Shown here: positions 18,144-28,411 of the stretch, in pieces | How positions within the stretch are numbered: position 1 is the first letter of the stretch | How the letters are laid out: each line of letters starts with the position of its first letter | Assembly: GCA_009694135.1 (NCBI GenBank) | Contig: SHVS01000012.1 | Span: 2,401-66,400 of the forward strand | DNA length: 64,000 bases | Source: Alphaproteobacteria bacterium | GTDB lineage: Bacteria; Pseudomonadota; Alphaproteobacteria; UBA6615 | Direction of reading: 5' to 3' | Program-made: the position numbers and the translations under genes | The notes under the pieces: model-generated | Seen by the model: the letters and a program-made list of their open reading frames with translations, nothing else | Told to the model about the DNA's origin: nothing | The model's database searches: none

Positions 18144-19292
18144 TTATTGGATTGGAATTTGAATCAATGCTCCAACGTCACTGGTAACGAAACCATCTTT
18201 TTCCACAATCCAGTCGATCCATTTATTACCAGGGCGTCCAGGTTCTGTCCATGTAGGATTTGCATACAGCACTGTGCTGATGCGGGTTGTAAGATCAAAC
18301 TTTTGCACCCACATGCCTTCATAAAATACAGTACCGTTTGCCTGCCCGTCGCCAGTTCGTGTAATGTATAAAGCATTAACGGATTTAACGTACAAGAAGT
18401 CTGTGATAACACCTGCGCCTGGCACAGCGGGAATTACTATCTCGGTGGGACGATTAAACAAACTTCCGCCAAAATCATTGTTACCCGGATTAATAATAAT
18501 GCGGGTAGCATCTTGCCATTCATGACTGCCTGCCACCATGTCATATTTGCCGTCACCATTCAAGTCCAGCAATTCAACATGAAATGCTCGGCGCTGTTGC
18601 GGAATAGTTAATGCAGTGGAACGTGTAAAACGTCCAGTCCGATCGTTAATAAAAACGTCAGGTTGATCTTTATTGGTCAGAATCAAATCAGGATAACCGT
18701 CATCATTGATGTCAGCACTGGCGCCACCGTGTTGAAAACCCACTGTGTCTGACAGATAATCCATTTTGTATTTGCCCGATGGCTGGCTTAGTAATACTCG
18801 ACTGCGTTCACCGGGAAAGGGGGCGGCGTCCCAGCCATGACATGCAATAGCAAAGTCGACGACCCCGTCTTGATTATAGTCGGCCATGATGGCCTTGCGT
18901 GGATGCTGGCATCCAGGAACACTATTAGCAGAATCAAATACCGTTTGTGTGTGTGGAAGCCATTGGCCATTTACTTGCTTGTAAAAATGAACAACGGACG
19001 GCAGCGCATTTTCTACTGTGGCATTCCAAGGCCCATTTGTTAGTTTAACTAAAACATATCCCAATGCGCCGTCGGGGTATTTAAAAATCGCTCGTGCGTT
19101 TCCAATTATGGGTAGGGTCGCTGTATATGAATATGCTTGATGTCGGTTTTCATAACTCAACTGAGAAACAACTGCAGGCGGGATTGGAACTGTTGGTGGA
19201 TCAACTGGAGCAGTGCTTGCTCCGCCGCCACCACATGCAGTCAATAGTCCCAATAAAAGAACTAAAGGGAGAAGAGATTTATGTAATTGCAT
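18144..19292 (-). CDS. FG-GAP/VCBS-repeat lipoprotein
   Basis: AAGGA RBS. Lipoprotein signal MQLHKSLLPLVLLLGLLTAC followed by GGGG and a Pro/Thr linker. Three Ca-binding-type repeats: DYNQDGVVDF, DINDDGYPDL and DLNGDGKYDM. Confidence 0.8.
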   Translation of the reverse strand: MQLHKSLLPLVLLLGLLTACGGGGASTAPVDPPTVPIPPAVVSQLSYENRHQAYSYTATLPIIGNARAIFKYPDGALGYVLVKLTNGPWNATVENALPSVVHFYKQVNGQWLPHTQTVFDSANSVPGCQHPRKAIMADYNQDGVVDFAIACHGWDAAPFPGERSRVLLSQPSGKYKMDYLSDTVGFQHGGASADINDDGYPDLILTNKDQPDVFINDRTGRFTRSTALTIPQQRRAFHVELLDLNGDGKYDMVAGSHEWQDATRIIINPGNNDFGGSLFNRPTEIVIPAVPGAGVITDFLYVKSVNALYITRTGDGQANGTVFYEGMWVQKFDLTTRISTVLYANPTWTEPGRPGNKWIDWIVEKDGFVTSDVGALIQIPIQ

Positions 19293-19306
19293 AATAGATC
19301 CTTAAA

Positions 19307-19633
19307 TTAAAGAGGCATGTGGTATTGAAAGCCCTGTGCAGACACTTTCTTGAAGATACCTTCTGCGGCCCAGTCTTGTTCAAGCAAACGCAGAGTCTTA
19401 CGATCTGCAATTAGTGCTCCGTCTTGCACCTTGACGCTGCCACTCTTTTTACCGTAAGATGGCTCGTAAACAGTGCCACGCAACACCAGCTCAAGGGCTA
19501 GTTTGATTCGGTCTAAACGAATTTGCTGAGCCTGAGTATACAGTGTTTTATTTGCATGATTGCGCATACGGCGATCTTGTAATGCAAAAAACTTGTTATT
19601 AGATTCTTTAGTGTTAAGAGACAATGTCAACAT
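19307..19633 (-). CDS. hypothetical 108-aa protein (no recognisable family)
   Basis: ATG 19633 is preceded by AAAGGA. The ORF matches the AT-rich cassette composition, and its stop lies 14 nt before the lipoprotein ATG. The longer track ORF 19307-20272 is a composition chimera. Confidence 0.6.
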   Translation of the reverse strand: MLTLSLNTKESNNKFFALQDRRMRNHANKTLYTQAQQIRLDRIKLALELVLRGTVYEPSYGKKSGSVKVQDGALIADRKTLRLLEQDWAAEGIFKKVSAQGFQYHMPL

Positions 19634-19699
19634 ACTAATCCTTTTTGCTGTGTATGTATGTACAGTGTATTGCGAAATTGATAGCTTCATTCCCACAGG

Positions 19700-20167
19700 G
19701 TCTATGCGCTCTCGATCACGCTGTTCTGCCTGATCCTTTCGACCGGCTTCGGCAGCCTGTTGAGCGAACGCCTGCGGCTTGATACGCAGGGCCGCCTTAC
19801 GCTTTGGGCGCTGGCGACGACCGCGTATCTGGCGCTGTTGCCGCTGTGGCTGCCGGCGCTGACCGCCGGCTTCGACGACCAGGGCCTGATCATCCGCGCG
19901 GCGGTCGCCATTGCCGCGATCGCTCCGGCCGGGCTGTTGATGGGCTTCGGCTTTCCCACCGGCATGCGCCTGATCAACGCCCAAGACCAACGGCCGACGC
20001 CGTGGTTCTGGGGCCCAAACGGCGCCGCCGGCGTGCTCGCCTCCGGCCTTGCCGTCGCGCTGTCGATGACCTTCGGCATCGGCGTAACCTTGGTCGCCGG
20101 AGCCGCCTGCTACCTTCTGCTGATCCCGGCCGCGCGCGTGATCGGCTTCCCGACGGCCGAGGACTGA
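19700..20167 (+). pseudogene. spermidine-synthase-like membrane protein, C-terminal TM part
   Basis: Same reading frame as 16346-17983. VYALSITLFCLILSTGFGSLLSERL...GFGFPTGMRLI...PWFWGPNGAAGVLASGLAV form C-terminal TM helices typical of the long membrane-bound family members. Confidence 0.7.
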
Positions 20168-20231
20168 TCCCCGCCCTTGCCTTGCGCCGCCGGTCCCCGA
20201 TAATCGCGGGACGAAACGCGGGAGGGGTGGC

Positions 20232-22169
<1,938 letters not shown>

Positions 22170-22440
22170 GACGGACTGCATGCTGGCTTGGTACAGGCCA
22201 TAGGCCGTGCCCTTGACGCTCGAAGAACCGCTACGAGCACTCATATCCGAAGCGTGCGACGCGGCATTGCCGGGCAAGCAGTACACAAGTGAAGTCAAGC
22301 GGTGGCAGAAAGATCCTGACGGGCTCTTCCGGCCTCTTGTCGCGCGGCAACGCGCGCGTTAGACACTGAAATTCAACTCGCTCTCGACCCATGACTCATG
22401 TCTTGAAACCGCCAAGGCCGTCCCAGCGCTCGGCTCACAA

Positions 22441-23541
22441 TTGGACACGATGGTCGGAACTTGGATGAGCCGTGAAAGGCTCCAATTCGACGGTATTCTT
22501 TGGTCACTACTTGCTGCGATGCCGTCGGAAGACAACCGCTTGAAGTTCGACGCGCGAAGCTTCCAGGACCAATGGAGCAAGATCGATTCACTCTTGCAAG
22601 CAACCTCGATTGAGATTGTAACCATCGCTCCGATTCCGGGACTATTCGGCAATTTTCCTATTCAGCTGGCTCCCGGTCTTGAGTTGGATTCCTTTACGAG
22701 TGACGAAGTAACGCGATGTGTAAATATGTCTCTCTTGCATTCATTCGTTCAGGGCCAAGAGCTTATTCGCGCGGAACAGGCCGTCGGAGTGAGATACAAA
22801 TTATCCGACCCTAAAGTTGCCGGAGACTCGCAGGCCGAGGTTCCTCGCGGTTGGTTTGGCCATCGCGCAACCTTCGAAAGCTTTCTCATTGTGGACGATG
22901 TGCTTGCCATGTTGAGACTATTCCAAAGTGGCACCGCGGAGTGTACAGGCTCACTGTCTTTTTTTGATCGCTGGCTGCTTCAGGGAAGCACACACACTCA
23001 CCATCGCAAGAGTCGACCACATTTGTTTGCCAGCTATCGAATAGCGAGTGACGCCACAGACACGCTCAAGCAGCTTTGGCAGTTATTGACTTCCGGCGTT
23101 CTCGAAAATCACAGCTTCATTGAAGTCGCCTTGCGTCGATTTAGTATGGCCTGGGAACGCAGCCTGATCGAAGACCGTATGATAGACCTCATGATCGCGG
23201 CGGAGGCGCTATTCCTAAGTGGGCCTGGGTCACGCAAGGATCGAGGAGAGATGCGATTTCGTCTCGCGCTTCGAGCCGCGTGTTTTGTCGAGACAGCGGG
23301 TATGAGTCGTAGAGAGACATTTGGGCTCATGCGGGATGCCTATGATGTACGAAGCAGCGTGGTTCATGGCGGTCACATGGAGGAGGTAAATATTATTAAG
23401 AAACGCTCTGTATCTGCCGACGTTTTTACTACGGCTGTTGGTGACGTAGTTCGGAGAGCCATACTAAAGGCTATTGCCACACCTGAAATCGGCCAGGATA
23501 ATTTCTGGGATGACTTAATATTTCCTTATACGATGACGTAA
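22441..23541 (+). CDS. hypothetical protein with C-terminal HEPN-like domain (Rx4H motif)
   Basis: 366-codon ORF in a ~52% G+C islet. The C-terminal helical region is DLMIAAEALFL...RFRLALRAACFV...MRDAYDVRSSVVHGG, with R-x4-H at nt 23350-23367. The start is uncertain (TTG 22441, ATG 22450 or ATG 22465). Confidence 0.55.
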   Translation: MDTMVGTWMSRERLQFDGILWSLLAAMPSEDNRLKFDARSFQDQWSKIDSLLQATSIEIVTIAPIPGLFGNFPIQLAPGLELDSFTSDEVTRCVNMSLLHSFVQGQELIRAEQAVGVRYKLSDPKVAGDSQAEVPRGWFGHRATFESFLIVDDVLAMLRLFQSGTAECTGSLSFFDRWLLQGSTHTHHRKSRPHLFASYRIASDATDTLKQLWQLLTSGVLENHSFIEVALRRFSMAWERSLIEDRMIDLMIAAEALFLSGPGSRKDRGEMRFRLALRAACFVETAGMSRRETFGLMRDAYDVRSSVVHGGHMEEVNIIKKRSVSADVFTTAVGDVVRRAILKAIATPEIGQDNFWDDLIFPYTMT

Positions 23542-23565
23542 GCGCGGCGCGAAAACGCATGCCGT

Positions 23566-24021
23566 CTAATCTCGATTGCACCAGCCCGCGCGAGCGGCGC
23601 CGAAATACGCGCGGGCAAAGCCGGTGGAGATGAGCAGATCGGCGAGGTCGGCGCCATCATTCGAGGCGACGCGGGCGCGCACGCGCTCGCCGTATTTGTC
23701 GGCGCGCACCTCGGTCAAGATCACCGGCCCGGCGCCGATCCGTTCGGTGAGGAACGCCTTCGCGTGCAGAGCCTGCGCGCGCTCGGTCGGGCATTTGCCA
23801 TGCAGCTCGGGCGCGTCCACGCCTTCGAGCCGCACCAGCGTCGTGACCTCCAGCCCCAGCCAGATGCGCGCCCTGACCTCGATCGTGTCGCCATCGACGA
23901 CGCGCAAGACCTGCGCCGGAATCGGCCCCGGCACGGGCTCCTCCCCCGCGCGCGCGGGCGCGATGATCAGCGCCAGGATCAGCGCGGCGATGAAGCGGAA
24001 GCGGTGCGTCGGATACGACAT
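23566..24021 (-). CDS. secreted thermonuclease (staphylococcal nuclease-like) family protein
   Basis: Signal peptide is followed by VVDGDTIEV...VRLEGVDAPE and later DKYGERV, the SNase-fold motifs. Confidence 0.8.
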   Translation of the reverse strand: MSYPTHRFRFIAALILALIIAPARAGEEPVPGPIPAQVLRVVDGDTIEVRARIWLGLEVTTLVRLEGVDAPELHGKCPTERAQALHAKAFLTERIGAGPVILTEVRADKYGERVRARVASNDGADLADLLISTGFARAYFGAARAGWCNRD

Positions 24022-24129
24022 CTTATGCGAGAATATAAATCACTATTACTACTGAAGGTAGTTACAGGGTCGCATAAGAACATAAAGCGAACGCAAAACG
24101 CAAGCGGCTTGTGGCGGGCGGCTTTCAGG

Positions 24130-26274
24130 CTAGGACGGCTTTCGGCCGCGCGGGCGGATCCGCCCCAGCTCCGCCGCGAGGCGCGCGAGACGCCCGTCGG
24201 CGAGCAGCTCGGCGACGCCGAGCGGCAGCCGGCGGCGCCAATTGGGATGCTCGTCCACCGTGCCGGGCAAATTCGCCTGCTCCTCGATCCCGAGCACATC
24301 CTCGACCTGCACCAGGCACAGCCGCGCGGGTGTGCGCGCGAGATAGGCGTGCACGGCGAGCGACAGGGCATCGAAGTCGAGCTGCTCGGGCGACGTGCCC
24401 TGCGGCAACAGCCCGGCCTCGATCAGCGCGTTCACCAAACGCCAGCGGTCGTCGGCGCGCGCGCGTTCCATCTGCTGGCGTAGTTCATTCGTCGGGAACA
24501 GGCCGAGCTCGGCGCGTAGCGCAATATCGTGCCCGGTCCAAAATCCGCGCAGAGTCGACAAATCATGCGTCGCCACCACGGCCGCCGCCGGACGCGTGTA
24601 GTGTTCCGGCGCTTTGAAACGCCCGTCGCCCGCGCGCTCGAAATACAGCACGCGATAGGACAGAAGCCCGGCGGCTTGCAGCTTTTCGGGCAAGCCGGGC
24701 GGGACCGTGCCCAGATCCTCCGCCACCACCAGGCATTTCGCCCGCTGGCTTTCCAGCGCGATGATGCCGAGCAAATCGTCGAGCGGCAGGGCCACATAAC
24801 CGCCGGCGTTCGCCTTCTCTCCCCGCGGCACCCAGAATTGCCGATTGAGGCCGAGCGCATGATCGATGCGCAGCGCGCCGGCGTGGCGCATGGTGGCGCG
24901 CAACACCTCGGCGAAGCCGCGATAGCCGTCGGCGGCGAGAGCGCGCGGATTCCACGGCGGGATGCCCCAATCCTGACCCAAGGGCCCGAGCGCATCCGGC
25001 GGCGCGCCCATGCTCACGCCAGACGCGAGCGTATCCTGAAAGCTCCATGCCTCGGCCCCGTCCCCCACCGCGCCGACGGCGAGATCGCGATACAGCCCGA
25101 TACGCATGCCCCCGGTGCGCGCCCGCTCCGCCGCCAACCCCAATTGCGTGTCGGCCAGATATTGCACATAGGCGAAGAACCCGACCCGCTTCGCCGCTTT
25201 GCGCGCGAAGGCAGCAACGGCGGGCGCCTCCGGGCGGCGATACGCCGCCGGCCATTCGCGCCACCAGCCATGGCCCTCGGCCTGCATCGCCTCGGCCAAC
25301 GCCTCGAAGATCGCGTGCCGGCGCAGCGTTTCGCTTTGTTTGCCGAGCCAGGCGCGGAACGGACCTGGGTCTTTCCGCTGGCGGAAGGCGGCGTACAGCG
25401 CCTCGAATAACGCGCGCTTCAGCGCGGCAACGGCGGGATAATCGATCAGCGCGCCCGCACGCGCCGCCGCGATTTGCGCCTGGAACTCCGGCGAAGATGT
25501 GAGCGCGCGCGCTTCCCCCGCCAATTCCCGTGGTGGATCGACGAACAGCCAATTGAGCGCGAGCCGACTCGACGCGGCATAGGGGCTGAACTTCTCCGAC
25601 CGGTGCGGAAATAGCGCCGTGAGCGGGCTGAGGCCCAGCACATCGGCCCCGTTGCGCCCCAGGCCTTCCGCCAAAGCGCCCACCTCCGAATATCCGCCGA
25701 CACCCCAATCGCGCGCCGAGCGCAACCCGTAAACTTGCGCGCTCAGGCCCCAGACGCGCCCATCGCCCGCCAGCGCCGGAGGCTGATACGCCATGCGCGG
25801 GGCGACAATCAGATGCATCGCCGCCCCGCCGTCGGGCGTCTCGAGCAGCAGCCGGTGATAGCCTTCGAGCGGCATCAGCGGCAGGGTGAAATCCCGCCGC
25901 TCGCGCAAGTCGCCGTCGATGGTCTGCGCCGCGACCAGCGGCAGATCCTGCGGTTTGAAACGGCCACGCGCGCGCGTGCCATCCTCGCATTCCAGCCGCC
26001 AGAGAAGGCTTTGCACATCCGGCGCCAGGATCAACGGCAGGGTGATCGCCTCGCCCAGGCGAACAACGCGCACGCTCGGCAAAGCCTGCCGCCAGGGCTC
26101 TTCTACGGCGGCGGCCAAGCTCTCCGCCAGCGCCGCATCGCTCTCGGCCGGATAGCCGAGCGCGGCGAGCAGCGCGCGCCGGGTCTGATCCGGCACGCGG
26201 CGCAATTGGCCGAGCCCATCCCGGTAATCGGGCTCGATGCCCGCCAGGGCGCACAGGCGATCCAGCGCGCTCAT
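24130..26274 (-). CDS. malQ: 4-alpha-glucanotransferase (amylomaltase)
   Basis: 714 aa with IGLYRDLAVG, GAPPDALGPLGQDWGIPPW, LRIDHALGL and VVATHDLSTLRGFW. Confidence 0.9.
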   Translation of the reverse strand: MSALDRLCALAGIEPDYRDGLGQLRRVPDQTRRALLAALGYPAESDAALAESLAAAVEEPWRQALPSVRVVRLGEAITLPLILAPDVQSLLWRLECEDGTRARGRFKPQDLPLVAAQTIDGDLRERRDFTLPLMPLEGYHRLLLETPDGGAAMHLIVAPRMAYQPPALAGDGRVWGLSAQVYGLRSARDWGVGGYSEVGALAEGLGRNGADVLGLSPLTALFPHRSEKFSPYAASSRLALNWLFVDPPRELAGEARALTSSPEFQAQIAAARAGALIDYPAVAALKRALFEALYAAFRQRKDPGPFRAWLGKQSETLRRHAIFEALAEAMQAEGHGWWREWPAAYRRPEAPAVAAFARKAAKRVGFFAYVQYLADTQLGLAAERARTGGMRIGLYRDLAVGAVGDGAEAWSFQDTLASGVSMGAPPDALGPLGQDWGIPPWNPRALAADGYRGFAEVLRATMRHAGALRIDHALGLNRQFWVPRGEKANAGGYVALPLDDLLGIIALESQRAKCLVVAEDLGTVPPGLPEKLQAAGLLSYRVLYFERAGDGRFKAPEHYTRPAAAVVATHDLSTLRGFWTGHDIALRAELGLFPTNELRQQMERARADDRWRLVNALIEAGLLPQGTSPEQLDFDALSLAVHAYLARTPARLCLVQVEDVLGIEEQANLPGTVDEHPNWRRRLPLGVAELLADGRLARLAAELGRIRPRGRKPS

Positions 26275-26275
26275 G

Positions 26276-28411
26276 TCAGTGTTCGGGTGAAGGCTTGCGG
26301 CGGCTGATCAACAGCACGCTCGAGCGGTCAAGCACGGCATAATCGCCATTGGGCGAGGAGAGATCATTCGGCCGCGCGGTGTCGAACATCACTTCCCACG
26401 GCCCGCCGCTATTTGTGCTCGGCAGGCGGAAATCGATCGCGGCCTCGCCGGCATTGAGGATCAACAGGAAGGTGTCGTCCGGCTCCGGCGCGCCATGCGC
26501 GGTAAGATGATACTGCCCCGCCTCGCCCGAGAGCAGGAACCAGAGGCAGCGCGCATGCACGACGCCCCAATCCTCCGGCGTTTTTTCCTGCCCGTCAGGG
26601 CGCAGCCAATGGATGTCCTTGACCGTCGTGCCGGGAATCACTTGTCCATGGAAAAAACGCGCGCGGCGGAAAACGATGTGCTGCTTGCGGATTTCGATCA
26701 GCCGGCGGACGAAGCTGATCAGCTCGCGCCCTTCGGCATCGATGGCGAACCACTCGATCCAGGAGAGTTCGTTGTCCTGGCAATAGGCGTTGTTGTTGCC
26801 CTTCTGACTGCGGGCGAATTCGTCGCCGGCGACCAGCATCGGCACGCCTTGCGACAGCAGCAGCGTGACCAGGAAGTTGCGCCGCTGGCGCGTGCGCAAG
26901 GCGCGTATGGTTGGATCGTCGCTCGGCCCCTCGATGCCAAAATTGGCGCTGTGATTGCCATCGCTGCCGTCGCGGTTTTCTTCAAGATTGGCTTCGTTGT
27001 GCTTGCGCTCGTAGCTGACCAGATCAGCGAGCGTGAAGCCGTCATGCGCGGTGACGAAGTTGATGCTCGCCCACGGCCGACGCCCCTGATGGCCGAAAAC
27101 ATCGGAAGAGCCGGTGAGCCTTGTCGCCAGCTCCGGCACCAAGCCGCTTTCGCCCTTCCAAAAGCGGCGCACGGTGTCGCGATAGCGGTCGTTCCATTCC
27201 GCCCAGCCGGGTGGAAATGCGCCGAGGCGATGACCGCCCGGCCCGACATCCCACGGCTCGGCGATCAGCTTGACGCGCGACAAAACCGGATCCTGGCGGA
27301 TGGCGTCAAGGAAGCCGGCGTGGCTATCGAACTCGCCGTTGCGGCGCGCGAGCGTGGTGGCGAGGTCGAAGCGGAAGCCGTCGACATGCATCTCGGTGAC
27401 CCAGTAGCGCAGCGAATCCATCACCAGCTGCAAGACGCGCGGATGGTGCAGATTGAACACATTGCCGCAGCCGGTGTAGTCGCGATACTCGCGCGGGCTC
27501 TTCTCGTCGAGCGCGTAATAGCTGGCGTTGTCGATGCCGCGGAAGGAGAGCGTCGGTCCAAGCCGGCCACCTTCCGCCGTATGGTTGTAGACCACGTCGA
27601 GGATCACCTCGATGCCGGCATCGTGCAGCGCGCGCACCATGGTGCGGAACTCGCCGAGCGGATCGCTGCCGACATAACGCGGATTGGGCGCGAAATAGCC
27701 GAGCGTATTGTAGCCCCAGTAGTTCACGAGCCCATTCTCGGCGAGAGCATGCTCGTCGATCGCGGCGTGTACGGGCAACAACTCGACCGAGGTAATGCCG
27801 AGCGCTTTCAGATAACCGACGGAGGCCGGCGCACCGAGCCCGGCGAAAGTCCCGCGCGCCGCCGGCAGCACATCGGCGTTACGCATGGAAAATCCACGTG
27901 GGTGCATCTCATATATGATCGCCTCCGACCAGGGGACACGGGGCCGCCGGTCGTCGCCCCAGGTGAAAGCCGGATCGACCACCCGCCCTTTGAAGGCGTA
28001 GCGCGCGTTGTCACGCCGGTCGAAGGATAGATCGCCATCGCGATCGCCCAGCGTGTAGCCAAAATGCGAATCATGCCAAACGAAGGTGCCGGCAAGAGCG
28101 CGGGCATAGGGATCGACGAGCAGCTTATTCGCGTTGAAGCGATGACCCTGCGCCGGATCATACGGCCCATGCACGCGATAGCCGTAAAGCTGTCCCGGCC
28201 GTACATCGGGCAAATATCCGTGCCAGATTTCATTGGTGTGCTCGGGGAGAGGCACGCGCTCGATCTCGCGTAAGCCCCCGGCATCGAACAGGCACAGCTC
28301 GACGCGTTCGGCATGACCCGAAAACAGCGCGAAATTCACCCCGCGCCCATCCCATGTGGCGCCGAGCGGATAAGGCTCGCCCGGCCAGACGCGCGACCCG
28401 GTGTTGCTCAT
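26276..28411 (-). CDS. glgX: glycogen debranching enzyme
   Basis: 711 aa with [35 protein letters not shown] and [11 protein letters not shown]. Confidence 0.92.
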   Translation of the reverse strand: MSNTGSRVWPGEPYPLGATWDGRGVNFALFSGHAERVELCLFDAGGLREIERVPLPEHTNEIWHGYLPDVRPGQLYGYRVHGPYDPAQGHRFNANKLLVDPYARALAGTFVWHDSHFGYTLGDRDGDLSFDRRDNARYAFKGRVVDPAFTWGDDRRPRVPWSEAIIYEMHPRGFSMRNADVLPAARGTFAGLGAPASVGYLKALGITSVELLPVHAAIDEHALAENGLVNYWGYNTLGYFAPNPRYVGSDPLGEFRTMVRALHDAGIEVILDVVYNHTAEGGRLGPTLSFRGIDNASYYALDEKSPREYRDYTGCGNVFNLHHPRVLQLVMDSLRYWVTEMHVDGFRFDLATTLARRNGEFDSHAGFLDAIRQDPVLSRVKLIAEPWDVGPGGHRLGAFPPGWAEWNDRYRDTVRRFWKGESGLVPELATRLTGSSDVFGHQGRRPWASINFVTAHDGFTLADLVSYERKHNEANLEENRDGSDGNHSANFGIEGPSDDPTIRALRTRQRRNFLVTLLLSQGVPMLVAGDEFARSQKGNNNAYCQDNELSWIEWFAIDAEGRELISFVRRLIEIRKQHIVFRRARFFHGQVIPGTTVKDIHWLRPDGQEKTPEDWGVVHARCLWFLLSGEAGQYHLTAHGAPEPDDTFLLILNAGEAAIDFRLPSTNSGGPWEVMFDTARPNDLSSPNGDYAVLDRSSVLLISRRKPSPEH

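Larger units (their letters stand above)
17981..19690. mobile_element. AT-rich horizontally acquired insertion cassette (no recognisable recombinase)
   Basis: Abrupt composition switch. Hand-counted 60-nt lines inside give 37-50% G+C, against 72% on the flanking line 17821-17880. It splits one ORF into two same-frame parts. Imperfect direct repeat ATTGATAACTTTCAT (17985-17999) / ATTGATAGCTTCAT (19677-19690). Confidence 0.6.

Noticed and set aside
19648-19665. CTGT...ACAG motif as a LexA SOS box.
   Set aside because: The spacing is N10, not the N8 of the gammaproteobacterial CTGT-N8-ACAG box. It is kept only as a generic operator-like palindrome.
22170-23600. Possible terminal repeats of the HEPN islet (AGACGGACTGCATGC near 22170 versus AGACGGCATGCG on the opposite strand near 23555).
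   Set aside because: The match is short, gapped and GC-neutral, and is compatible with chance. No recombinase is nearby.
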